64,000 nucleotides of DNA from Clostridia bacterium. Lineage in GTDB: Bacteria > Bacillota > Clostridia > Oscillospirales > CAG-272. Below are positions 1-9,110 of this stretch, piece after piece. The translations under genes and the position numbers were made by a program. The stretch spans positions 25,994 through 89,993 of the forward strand of contig JAFTOI010000029.1 of the NCBI GenBank assembly GCA_017463865.1. Reading direction: 5' to 3'. The notes under the pieces are model-generated. The model made no database searches. It saw only the letters and a program-made list of their open reading frames with translations, and was not told where the DNA came from. The stretch's first letter is position 1. Every line of letters begins with the position of its first letter.

Positions 1-96
1 GCTTGATCATATTGTTTCTCCTCTTCGGATCTTCAGGTGTTTATCATAATAGTACACCATTTTGCCGCGGCTTTCAAGATATTTATTGTTCTGCTA

Positions 97-125
97 TGGA
101 CATTTATTCATCTATGCGGTATAAT
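97..125 (+). promoter_or_regulatory. putative sigma-70 promoter of the DUF1848 gene
   Basis: TGGACA (97-102), 17-nt spacer, TATAAT (120-125), about 60 nt upstream of the ATG at 189. Confidence 0.4.
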
Positions 126-188
126 AAATCATATTATCCCCGCGCTGCGGGACAAATTTTAACCGCCAGCCGCAGACAAGGAGGCCCC

Positions 189-1127
189 ATGATCATCAGC
201 GCCAGCCGCCGCACCGACATCCCGGCTTACTTCGCCGACTGGTTCTTCAACCGGCTCGAGGCCGGTTTTGTTCTGGTGCGCAATCCGATGAATCCGCATC
301 AGGTCAGCCGGGTGGCGCTGACGCCCGATGTGGTCGACGGGTTCGTCTTCTGGACGAAAAATCCCGCGCCGATGCTGGGGCGGCTCGGGGCGCTGCGGAA
401 CTATCCCTTCTATTTTCAATTCACGCTCACCGCCTACGGCCGGGATGTCGAGCCCGGACTGCCCGGCAAGGGGGAGGCGCTGGTGCCAACCTTCGTGCGG
501 CTGGCCGAGGTCATCGGTCCCGAGCGGGTGATTTGGCGGTATGATCCGATCTTCCTCAGCGAAACCTACACCGCAGACTATCATCTCCGTTGGTTCGAGC
601 AGCTCACCCGGCGGCTGAGCCCGTACACGCGGCGGTGCACGATCAGCTTTCTCGACTTCTACCGGGGCACCGAAAAACGGATGGCGGGGCTAAAGCTCCT
701 CCCCTTCCCTGCCGAGGCACAGGGCGCGCTGGCACGGCGGCTGGCCGAGATCGCGCACGGGTACGGCCTCGCCGTCGACACCTGCGCCGAGGCAATGGAT
801 CTGTCGGCCTGCGGCATCGGTCACGCGCACTGCATCGACGGTGCGCTGCTCTCGCGGCTGGGCGGCGTGCCCCTGGCGGCTTCGCCCGACAAGAACCAGC
901 GCCCGGCCTGCGGCTGTGCCGAGAGCATCGACATCGGCGCCTACAACACCTGCCGAAATGGCTGCCGCTACTGCTACGCCAACTATACCCCCGCCGCCAT
1001 CGCGGCCAACGCCGCCCGGCATGACCAGCGCTCGCCGATGCTGATCGGCAAGGTGGGCGAGGGCGACCGCGTGACCGAGCGAAAAATGGCGTCGCTGCGG
1101 GTCGAACAGATAACGCTGGACATCTGA
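189..1127 (+). CDS. DUF1848 domain-containing protein (Cys-rich C-terminus)
   Basis: ORF 3..1127 trimmed to ATG 189 behind AAGGAGG; N-terminus MIISASRRTDIPAYFADWFFNRL and C-terminal CRNGCRYCYANY are typical of DUF1848. Confidence 0.8.
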   Translation: MIISASRRTDIPAYFADWFFNRLEAGFVLVRNPMNPHQVSRVALTPDVVDGFVFWTKNPAPMLGRLGALRNYPFYFQFTLTAYGRDVEPGLPGKGEALVPTFVRLAEVIGPERVIWRYDPIFLSETYTADYHLRWFEQLTRRLSPYTRRCTISFLDFYRGTEKRMAGLKLLPFPAEAQGALARRLAEIAHGYGLAVDTCAEAMDLSACGIGHAHCIDGALLSRLGGVPLAASPDKNQRPACGCAESIDIGAYNTCRNGCRYCYANYTPAAIAANAARHDQRSPMLIGKVGEGDRVTERKMASLRVEQITLDI

Positions 1128-1242
1128 TTCACCATCTGCGTGAAAAATTTTTCCGCGACGTGACCTTGTGTTTCTTCCCGCGGCGTGGTATACTGGTTTC
1201 AGAAAGAGGCGCCGCTTTCGCAGCCACGAGAGGAGAAACACC

Positions 1243-2327
1243 ATGAAACTGCAAATTGGCAGCACCATCAAGCGTCTGCGCAAGGCGCGTGACATCACGC
1301 AGGAAGAATTCGCCGAGCTGCTCGGCGTCACTTGCCAGTCGGTCAGCCGCTGGGAGAATGGCGGCTGTTACCCCGACATCGAGCTGATCCCCGCCATCGC
1401 CGGCTTTTTCGGCATCTCGGTCGACGCCCTGCTGGGCGTCGACGCGGCAGCGGAGCAGGAGAAGATCGACGGCTATCTGCGCGATTTTCAGGCAGCCATC
1501 AGCCGGGGCGAGATCGACGACTGTATTGCCATCGCCCGGGCGGGCGTGGCCGAGTTCCCGAACAGCTATGCCCTTCTGAACAAGCTGATGTACGCCCTCT
1601 TCGTTGCGGGCGACGACACCGGCAATATTGCTGAATGGAAGGAGAACATGGAGCGCTACGACGCCGAGATCGTGGCGCTGGGCGAGCGGATCATCCGCCA
1701 CTGCCCCGATCAGGCGATCCGCCTCGAGGCAACGGCACGGTTGGCCTTCCAGCACTGCGAGATGGGCCGCCGGGCGATGGGCCGCGCACTGTACGAGACC
1801 CTGCCGTCGATGAAGGCTTGCCGCGAGGCAAACATCTGGTGGGGCTGGAAGAAGACGAAAAACTCCCCCACACGCGGGCATATCTGCTTCAAAGCTACGA
1901 CCAGCTCTGCGGCGCGATGTGGAAGCTGGCCAAGCTGCTCCCGCCCGCAGATGCCCTGCGCATCCGCGAAAAGACTCAGGCACTTGAGGCGATCATTTAC
2001 GACGGCCCAACGCCCGAACGCGACTGGGGGAATGCGGATCGCCCTTTCCGCATGGCGAAAGAGCACATGCTGCTGAATCAGCCCGACGCCGCGCTGACCT
2101 GCCTGCGTCAGGCAGCTAAAGCCGCCCGCGCCTTCGACGAGCGCCCCGATGAGCAGACCCACGAATCTCTGCTGCTCGGCCAACGCACCGAGCGCCGCAC
2201 CGACTTCGAGACTGCCGACACCCGCCCGCTGCAGCACATCCTGCGCGACAAGTGGCTGGCCGATGCGGTGTTTGATCCGATCCGCGGGGATGCGGCGTTC
2301 GGCGAGATCATCGCCGGCTTGAACTGA
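1243..2327 (+). pseudogene. XRE-family HTH regulator with TPR-like C-terminal domain, disrupted by a -1 frameshift near 1841-1845
   Basis: HTH (MKLQIGSTIKRLRKARDITQEEFAELLGVTCQSVSRWENG) is in the frame of ORF 1168..2076; the C-terminal part (LEEDEKLPHTRAYLLQSYDQL...IIAGLN) continues in the frame of ORF 1635..2327; the intact paralog at 16324..17364 aligns across the junction. Confidence 0.7.
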
Positions 2328-2334
2328 ACAAAAA

Positions 2335-2366
2335 GCGAGAGGCCGTCTGCGGCCTCTCGCCTTTTC
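2335..2366. terminator. bidirectional intrinsic terminator between convergent genes
   Basis: GCGAGAGGCCG-TCT-GCGGCCTCTCGC hairpin flanked by an A-run upstream and CTTTT downstream. Confidence 0.7.
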
Positions 2367-2758
2367 TATTGTTCGCCGAACACCCGCACATCGTCAAACA
2401 TCGTGAACTTGCCATCCTCGACCACGATCGCGCTGGCACCGGACACGGTGGCGTAGACCGGCTTGCCGTGCTCGGCCAGCACGCGCCGGATCGACGCGTC
2501 CTGCTCGGCGGTATCGGTGAAGTAATCAACATTCTCCTCCGCGATGCCGTAGGCGGCAAAGCCGCCGACGATACCGGCCCAGAGGCGTCCCACACCCCGA
2601 CCGTACAGCGACGCCCAGTCCGCCGCGCACTTGACGCGACTGGCCCGGAAGGAAAAGGCAACGACCGCGACCTTGTGAGTAGGCTTGAGATAATGCGACA
2701 GCGTCAGCTGAAGCCACGGCGCGGCGATGTCGTAGCCCTCGAGCAGGATGTTGATCAT
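2366..2758 (-). CDS. hypothetical protein (130 aa)
   Basis: ORF track 2366..2758; abuts the stop of the upstream EamA gene; no confident family assignment. Confidence 0.55.
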   Translation of the reverse strand: MINILLEGYDIAAPWLQLTLSHYLKPTHKVAVVAFSFRASRVKCAADWASLYGRGVGRLWAGIVGGFAAYGIAEENVDYFTDTAEQDASIRRVLAEHGKPVYATVSGASAIVVEDGKFTMFDDVRVFGEQ

Positions 2759-2759
2759 G

Positions 2760-3638
2760 TTACCCCTCTTTCCCGTCGCTCGACGCGAAATATGTCCCCG
2801 CGATCATGATGACCAGCGCCGCCAGATACGACACCGACGGCAGTTCGCGGAAGATCAGCAGTGACAGCCCCGCGCCGATGAAAGGGGCGACGGCGTAGTA
2901 GGTACTGGTCTTAGCCGCACCGAGGTCGCGCTGGGCGTAGATGTAGAAGTAGATGCTCAGCCCATACGCCACGAAGCCGAGCAGCAGGGCGCCGAGGATC
3001 GCGCCGACCGCGGGGAGCGTCTCTCCCAGCGCCAGCGCGATGCAGAGTGCCCCCAGCCCCGAGCCGAAGCCCTTGATGACCACGATCTCGAGCGGGTTCT
3101 TCAACGAGAGCATGCGGGTGCAGTTGTTCTCGAAGCCCCAGCAGACGCATGCGGCGAGGACGAGCAGTGAGCCCCACGAAAAGGAGAGGCTGCTCACGTC
3201 CTCGAAGGAGAGGATGATACTGGACAGCGTCACCAGCGCGATGGCCAGCCAGAGCCGCCGCGAGATGGCCTCGCGAAAAACGGCCAGCGCGATGACTGAG
3301 GTGGCGACGATCTCGAAGTTGTTGAGCAGGGATGCGTTGGCGGCGGTGGTCATGGTCAGGCCGAGCATGAGGCAGATAGGAGCCGCGATGTCGAGCAGTA
3401 CCATGCCAACGGTGTAAGGCAGCTCGCGCCGGGTCAGGGGCTGCTCGCGCTCCTGCCGCCCGGCCAGCCGGCGGCCGAGGCCGAGCAAAAAGAGGCCCAG
3501 CCCCGCGCCGAGGTAGAGGAAGGCGGCCATCATGGTCGCCGGGACGTGATCGAGCAGCAGCTTGGACAGCGGCGAGTTGACGGCGTAGAGCGCCGCCGCG
3601 AGAAAGGCGAAGAAGGTCGCGCGGGTTTGGGTGTTCAT
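2760..3638 (-). CDS. EamA/DMT family transporter
   Basis: 292-aa polytopic membrane ORF; N-terminus FFAFLAAALYAVNSPLSKLLL and the two-half architecture are typical of DMT/EamA. Confidence 0.8.
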   Translation of the reverse strand: MNTQTRATFFAFLAAALYAVNSPLSKLLLDHVPATMMAAFLYLGAGLGLFLLGLGRRLAGRQEREQPLTRRELPYTVGMVLLDIAAPICLMLGLTMTTAANASLLNNFEIVATSVIALAVFREAISRRLWLAIALVTLSSIILSFEDVSSLSFSWGSLLVLAACVCWGFENNCTRMLSLKNPLEIVVIKGFGSGLGALCIALALGETLPAVGAILGALLLGFVAYGLSIYFYIYAQRDLGAAKTSTYYAVAPFIGAGLSLLIFRELPSVSYLAALVIMIAGTYFASSDGKEG

Positions 3639-3648
3639 GGATAACCGT

Positions 3649-4929
3649 TTACTTCACAAAATCAAACTCAAAATCATAGATGCGCACGCTGTCGCCGTCG
3701 GTCGCGCCGGCGTCCTCGAGCGCCTTGATGACGCCGCCCTTCTGCAGGACGCGCTGGAAGAAGGCCATCGACTCGTAGTCACCAAAGTTGACCTGGCCCA
3801 GCAGATTATACAGCCACTCGCCCTCGACGACGTAGACGCCGTCCTCGACGCGCACCTCGGTGGTGCGCTCACCGGCGTCGCTGACGGCCTGTTCGGCGGC
3901 ATCGACCTCCGACTCGTAGATGGTCAGCGGCGGGAGCAGGCGGAGGCGCTCGGCGACCAGCTGGACGAGGTCGTCGAGGTTCTGTCCGGTCGCGGCTGAG
4001 ACATAGATCAACTCGCAGCCCAGCTCGTCGACGTAGGCCTCGAAAGCGTCGAGGTCGACGGTCTCGTCGCTGTGCGAATCGAATTTGTTGGCCACGATGA
4101 TCTGCGGCCGCTCGGCCAGCGCCGGCGAATAGCGAGCCAGCTCGTGGTTGATTTGCTTGATATCCTCGACCGGGTCGCGCCCCTCGCAGCCCGAGATGTC
4201 GACGACGTGCAGCAGCAGGCGGCAGCGCTCCACGTGGCGCAGGAAGGCATGGCCGAGGCCGGCGCCGTCAGCGGCGCCCTCGATCAGCCCGGGAATGTCG
4301 GCGGCGACGAAGCCGTGCTCGTCGTTGGTGTGGACAACGCCAAGGTTGGGGGAGAGGGTAGTGAAGTGGTAGTCAGCGATCTTGGGCCGGGCCGCCGAGA
4401 TACGGGAGAGAATGGACGACTTGCCCACGTTCGGGAAGCCGATCAGGCCGACGTCGGCCCGCATCTTCAGCTCGAGGATGACCTCGCGCTCCTCGCCCTT
4501 GGTGCCGCCCTTGGCGAACATGGGCACCTGGCGGGTCGGGGTAGCGAAGTGCTTGTTGCCCCAGCCGCCGCGGCCGCCGCGGCAGCAGATGAAGTCATCG
4601 CAGTTCGACATGTCCTTGATGATCTTGCCGCTCTCAACGTCGCGTATCAGCGTTCCGGGGGGCACCAGCACGACGATGTCCTCCCCGTTTTTGCCGTGGA
4701 ACTTGCCGCCCTTGCCGTTGTCGCCCCGCTCGGCGATGAATTTGCGCTTGTAGCGGAAGGCCAACAGGGTGTTCGAGCCCTCGTCGATGCGGAAGACGAC
4801 ATTGCCGCCCCGCCCGCCGTCGCCCCCGTCGGGGCCGCCGCGCGCGACGTACTTCTCGCGGTGGAAGGACACCACGCCGTCTCCGCCGTCGCCAGCTTTG
4901 AGGTAGATTTTGACTTGATCGATAAACAT
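3649..4929 (-). CDS. obg: GTPase Obg/CgtA
   Basis: MFIDQVKIYLKAGDGGDGVVSFHREKYVARGGPDGGDGGRGGNVVF Gly-rich Obg fold, GFPNVGKSS P-loop, C-terminal OCT-like domain. Confidence 0.95.
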   Translation of the reverse strand: MFIDQVKIYLKAGDGGDGVVSFHREKYVARGGPDGGDGGRGGNVVFRIDEGSNTLLAFRYKRKFIAERGDNGKGGKFHGKNGEDIVVLVPPGTLIRDVESGKIIKDMSNCDDFICCRGGRGGWGNKHFATPTRQVPMFAKGGTKGEEREVILELKMRADVGLIGFPNVGKSSILSRISAARPKIADYHFTTLSPNLGVVHTNDEHGFVAADIPGLIEGAADGAGLGHAFLRHVERCRLLLHVVDISGCEGRDPVEDIKQINHELARYSPALAERPQIIVANKFDSHSDETVDLDAFEAYVDELGCELIYVSAATGQNLDDLVQLVAERLRLLPPLTIYESEVDAAEQAVSDAGERTTEVRVEDGVYVVEGEWLYNLLGQVNFGDYESMAFFQRVLQKGGVIKALEDAGATDGDSVRIYDFEFDFVK

Positions 4930-4965
4930 AGCAGTAACGCCCCGGTGGGGCTTCCTTTCATAAAA

Positions 4966-6879
4966 TCAGTCGGTATATGACGCTTCCTCGTCTTCGACCA
5001 GGAAGCGGATAATGCCGTCGTTCAGTTCGTTGTTTGGTACGCGCACGGGGATTGCCATCCAGTCGCGGCGGCTGCCCGCATAGGTGATGGTGGTCAGCGG
5101 CGCATTGGCAAACGCATATGAGTCGATTTTCAACAGCGAGGCAGGCAGGCTGATGGTGCTCAGCGCAGTACAGCCCGAAAAGGCCCTGCTGCCGATCTGC
5201 TTTACCCCCTCTGGCAGGCTCAGCTCGGTCAGTGACGTGCAGTCCAAAAACGCATATCCCGGGATCTCGGTCAGCCCGTCTGGCAGATCGATGCCGGCCA
5301 GTGAGGCACAGCCGGAGAAGATCGAATTTGCCAGCGCGGGCAGGTCGGCGGGGAGTGTGCAGGCGGTCAGCGCCTTGCAATCGGCAAAGGCCCACTCACC
5401 GATGGTTTCCAGCGTATCGGGCAGAATCAGCGTCTGCAGGTAGGGATTCCCCTCGAAGGCATACGGAGCAATGGCCGTGGTCGACGCCGGGAGCGTAACG
5501 TCAGCATCGCGCTTGCCGATGGGATAGCACAACAGCGTGCCGTCCGCCGTATACAGAATACCGTCATCGGCAAAATAGTGCAGATTTTCCGGGTCGACCG
5601 TGATGGCCGCCAGTGTCTGAGAAACCCAATATGCGCCATCCAGACGGCTCACCGACGCCGGAAAGTGAAGCTCGGTCAGCGCAGTGTTGGCGAAAGCGCG
5701 GTTGCCGACATCGGTCACCGTCGGCGGGAGAGAGATGGCCTGCAGAGTGGTACACCCCGCAAAAGCACCGTCATCAATGCGCACCAAACGCGGCGGCAGG
5801 TTGATTTCGGCCAGCGCAGTGCAGTTCCGAAACGCGCTATGTCCGATCACCGTCACCGATTCGGGTATGGTCACATCGGTCAGCGCGTTGCAGCCAACGA
5901 ATAAATATTCCGGCAATTCGGTAAGCCCCTCGGGCAGAACCGCGCTCTGCAGCGCGGTGCACTGGAAAAAGGCATTTCTGCCGAGCTGGGAAACGCCATC
6001 GGGCAGAACGATACTGCGCAGGGCGTCTGCACCGTAGAAGGCGTCGTCCCCCACGGTCTGCAGGCTGTCGGGAAAATCGATGGTGGTCAGCGAGCAGCTG
6101 CGGAAGGCGCCGGCGGCAATGGCCGTCACGCCATCGGGGACGGTAAAGCTGTCGCCGGGTTTGGCCGTCGGGTAGTTAAGCAGCGTTGTCCGATCGGCGG
6201 TATACAGCACACCGTCCTCGACACAAAAGGCGGAATTGCCCGCTTCGACCTCCACCGCCTGCAGGGCAGTACACCCGACAAAGGCCTGCTCGCCCAGCTG
6301 AAGCAAATTTTCAGGCAGGCATATGGCCGTCAGTGCACGGCAGTAGGAGAAAGCATTTTCTCCAATCATGCGCAGCTGTGCCGACAGACGGAGCGTACCA
6401 GTCAGCCCGCTGTAGGAAAAGGCGCAGACACCGATCTGCTCAATGCTCTCGGGCAAAGGGCAGTAGTCCAGCGATCGCGTATCGTAAAAGGCCATGTCGC
6501 CGATGGAAACAAGCCCCTCAGGCAGGCTCACCGCAGCAAGCTCCTCGCAGTGTGCGAAGGCCATCGTGCCGACATACGTCACACCCGGCTCGATCTTCAC
6601 ACGGTAGATTTCCCGCCTGCGCGAATACCACGGCGGGAAGTTTTGCTTGCCGCCGACGTCGGTCATGAAGGCATAGTCGGGCATCGCACCCTTTCCGCGG
6701 ATAGTCAGTGTGCCGGTTTGGTCGAGCTCCCATTCAAGCTCTGTTACGGGTCCGGGATCGGTCAGAACCCATGCGGTGGTCTCGGTCTCCCCGGCCCAGG
6801 GGAGCCTATCCCTGCGGCAAGCGGGGAGAAGGAGCAGCAGGGCTAAGAGAAAAAACAGCCAAACACATCTCAGCTTCAT
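4966..6879 (-). CDS. leucine-rich repeat (BspA-type) surface lipoprotein
   Basis: ORF 4966..7023 trimmed to ATG 6879 behind AGGAGG; signal peptide with lipobox (MKLRCVWLFFLLALLLLLPAC); many repeats of the type IGxxAFxxCxxLxxVxLPxxL. Confidence 0.85.
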   Translation of the reverse strand: MKLRCVWLFFLLALLLLLPACRRDRLPWAGETETTAWVLTDPGPVTELEWELDQTGTLTIRGKGAMPDYAFMTDVGGKQNFPPWYSRRREIYRVKIEPGVTYVGTMAFAHCEELAAVSLPEGLVSIGDMAFYDTRSLDYCPLPESIEQIGVCAFSYSGLTGTLRLSAQLRMIGENAFSYCRALTAICLPENLLQLGEQAFVGCTALQAVEVEAGNSAFCVEDGVLYTADRTTLLNYPTAKPGDSFTVPDGVTAIAAGAFRSCSLTTIDFPDSLQTVGDDAFYGADALRSIVLPDGVSQLGRNAFFQCTALQSAVLPEGLTELPEYLFVGCNALTDVTIPESVTVIGHSAFRNCTALAEINLPPRLVRIDDGAFAGCTTLQAISLPPTVTDVGNRAFANTALTELHFPASVSRLDGAYWVSQTLAAITVDPENLHYFADDGILYTADGTLLCYPIGKRDADVTLPASTTAIAPYAFEGNPYLQTLILPDTLETIGEWAFADCKALTACTLPADLPALANSIFSGCASLAGIDLPDGLTEIPGYAFLDCTSLTELSLPEGVKQIGSRAFSGCTALSTISLPASLLKIDSYAFANAPLTTITYAGSRRDWMAIPVRVPNNELNDGIIRFLVEDEEASYTD

Positions 6880-6889
6880 GGGGAACCTC

Positions 6890-8572
6890 CTATTCGGATT
6901 TTGTTGAGCCGAACACGATCTCGGTGCGGGACAGCACATCGTTGCCGTCGGCGATCTCGATGGCGTTCCATTGTGCCTCGGTGCCGGTGAACGTGATATG
7001 GCGAAGTGAATCGACTTCATCAAACGCTTTATTTTCGATCATGATAAGCTGATCAGTAACAAAAAGCTCTTTCAAACGATTACATTTCGCAAAAAACAAT
7101 GTCGGCAACGTCGTTACACCGGTGCCAAACATCACACCGGTCAACCTGCGGCTATCATGAAAAACTGCACTGCCAAGCGACCGCACCTGATTGGGAAGCA
7201 TAACCCATTTCAAATACTGCGAACCACCAAACGCACATTGCCCCAAGCGAACGACACCATCGGGAATCAGGTATTCATCATCCTTCTTCCCAGCTGGGTA
7301 AGCAAGCAAGGTCGAACCACCAGAGCCGAACGACCGCCCATCACCAAACAAAACACCGTCTATGGTGTAAAAATAGGGGTTAGTTTCGTCTACGGTAATC
7401 TCCCGCAAATTATCGCAATGATGGATCGCACCTTCATACACCCATGCCTTCGCTGGGATATGAAGCGTCTCCAATGCGTCACAATAGGCAAATGCATGCA
7501 ATCCGATGTGCGTGACTGCCTCGGGAATCTCGACTTCCTGTAAAGCGGTACAGCCGCAGAATAACCCGGAAGGGATTGTTTCCAGACTTGCAGGAAGTTC
7601 AACCCGTTCAAGCGAGGTACATTCATAAAAGATCCCTTCGCCGAGCGTAGTCAAGTGATCTGGCAGCTTAATCTCGACAAGCCCGGATTTTGAGAAAACC
7701 GAGTTTTGAATTTCCGCAATTGATGGGGGAAGTTCAAGTGTCCGCAATGCCGAACAGTTTTCAAACGCATAATCATCTATCGTTTCTACCCCCTCCGGAA
7801 GAAAGATTTTCTTCAACGAATCCGCATAAGCAAATGAAGCATATCCAACAATCTTTACACCTTCAGGAACAGTATACACGGTATCCGCTTTCCCGGGCGG
7901 GTAGAACACTAATTTTGTTTTATCATGATTGAACAATACCCCATCCTGTACAATAAACTGCTCATGTCCCTCCGCCAGCGTAATTGTCTCAAGATTTTCA
8001 CACCCATAAAAAGGAGAAGAATACCGGGATACTCCTGCCGGAAGATAGACTTCCCGCAGTTTGGTGCAAGCGTGAAACGCACAAACATCGAGCACAGTTA
8101 GCTGCTCGGGAAGAGGCACATTCGTTAAAGAAAAACAATAAGCGAACGCATATTGTTCGATTTCGGTCAAGCTGTCGGGCAATATAATATTTTTCAGCTT
8201 TTCGCATTTGTAAAAAGCCATCACACCGATCCGTGTTAGGCTGTTGGGCAAACTTACCGATTTTATATCCCGGCAAAAGGCAAATGCCTCATCGCCTATT
8301 TCGGTGATTCCCTCTCCGATTTCGACTGACAAGATGATCCGTTCTGCCAGAATCCACGGTGCACGTGGACCGTTTAACTCATCGTCAAATAAACTTTCGT
8401 CTTTGCGCATCTCATAATCAGGAATCGCCCCCTGACCCTCAATACGAAGATTTCCCCAAAAATCCAGCGACCAATACAACCCGTCGCCAAACTCTCCCTG
8501 CCACGAAGTCGTGCAAGCAGTCAGCGACAACAAAAGCAGCACAAGCGCAACAAGCCAAACCAACCGTCTCAT
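6890..8572 (-). CDS. leucine-rich repeat (BspA-type) surface lipoprotein, paralog
   Basis: ORF 6890..8590 trimmed to ATG 8572 behind AGGAGG; lipobox MRRLVWLVALVLLLLSLTAC; the same LRR repeat type; visibly lower G+C than its neighbours. Confidence 0.85.
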   Translation of the reverse strand: MRRLVWLVALVLLLLSLTACTTSWQGEFGDGLYWSLDFWGNLRIEGQGAIPDYEMRKDESLFDDELNGPRAPWILAERIILSVEIGEGITEIGDEAFAFCRDIKSVSLPNSLTRIGVMAFYKCEKLKNIILPDSLTEIEQYAFAYCFSLTNVPLPEQLTVLDVCAFHACTKLREVYLPAGVSRYSSPFYGCENLETITLAEGHEQFIVQDGVLFNHDKTKLVFYPPGKADTVYTVPEGVKIVGYASFAYADSLKKIFLPEGVETIDDYAFENCSALRTLELPPSIAEIQNSVFSKSGLVEIKLPDHLTTLGEGIFYECTSLERVELPASLETIPSGLFCGCTALQEVEIPEAVTHIGLHAFAYCDALETLHIPAKAWVYEGAIHHCDNLREITVDETNPYFYTIDGVLFGDGRSFGSGGSTLLAYPAGKKDDEYLIPDGVVRLGQCAFGGSQYLKWVMLPNQVRSLGSAVFHDSRRLTGVMFGTGVTTLPTLFFAKCNRLKELFVTDQLIMIENKAFDEVDSLRHITFTGTEAQWNAIEIADGNDVLSRTEIVFGSTKSE

Positions 8573-8586
8573 GGGGAACCTCCTAT

Positions 8587-9099
8587 TCAATTCGTTTGCT
8601 TCACCCGCTCCCGCCCGGTCAGACGTCCGTCGGTGAAGATCAGCCGCTCAACCACGCGGTATACCTCGGGATTGCACGGGACACGCTCGGTGTACTCATT
8701 CTCCGGCCAGAAGCGCATATTGAAATCGCGCCCGATGAGCATGGTACCACTAAAATCGGACGGGCGGACAAACCCATACCCCCACATCCGGGGATTCTCA
8801 CAGCGCGGCACCGACTCGACCGTGCAAAGCTGCACCGCCTCCACGCCGTCAATGGCCGGCAGACTGCGGAACGGACGGCGGCGGAACTCGCCCCAGATCA
8901 TATCGAGCCACAGCCGGCCGTCCTCGATGCTGTAAAAGATCGTCCGCCGCTCGCCGTCAAGGCCGAGCAGGCTGAGATCGGGGCCGAGGGGCGGGGTGGT
9001 CTCGAAGACCACAAAATCCTCGTCGGCCGTCATGTGGATCTGGCATTCGGTCCCATCAGCCAGCGTGATCGTGTGGGCGCTTTGATAGATGAGCGGCAT
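8587..9099 (-). CDS. hypothetical protein (170 aa)
   Basis: ORF track; strong RBS (AAGGAGG) upstream of ATG 9099; co-oriented between der and the LRR genes. Confidence 0.6.
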   Translation of the reverse strand: MPLIYQSAHTITLADGTECQIHMTADEDFVVFETTPPLGPDLSLLGLDGERRTIFYSIEDGRLWLDMIWGEFRRRPFRSLPAIDGVEAVQLCTVESVPRCENPRMWGYGFVRPSDFSGTMLIGRDFNMRFWPENEYTERVPCNPEVYRVVERLIFTDGRLTGRERVKQTN

Positions 9100-9110
9100 G
9101 GGTTACCTCC

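Noticed and set aside
2366-2758. Assigning the 130-aa ORF to the peptidase S51 / type 1 glutamine amidotransferase-like fold.
   Set aside because: The resemblance is only vague, the protein is much shorter than family members, and no catalytic motif can be identified by eye. It is left as hypothetical.
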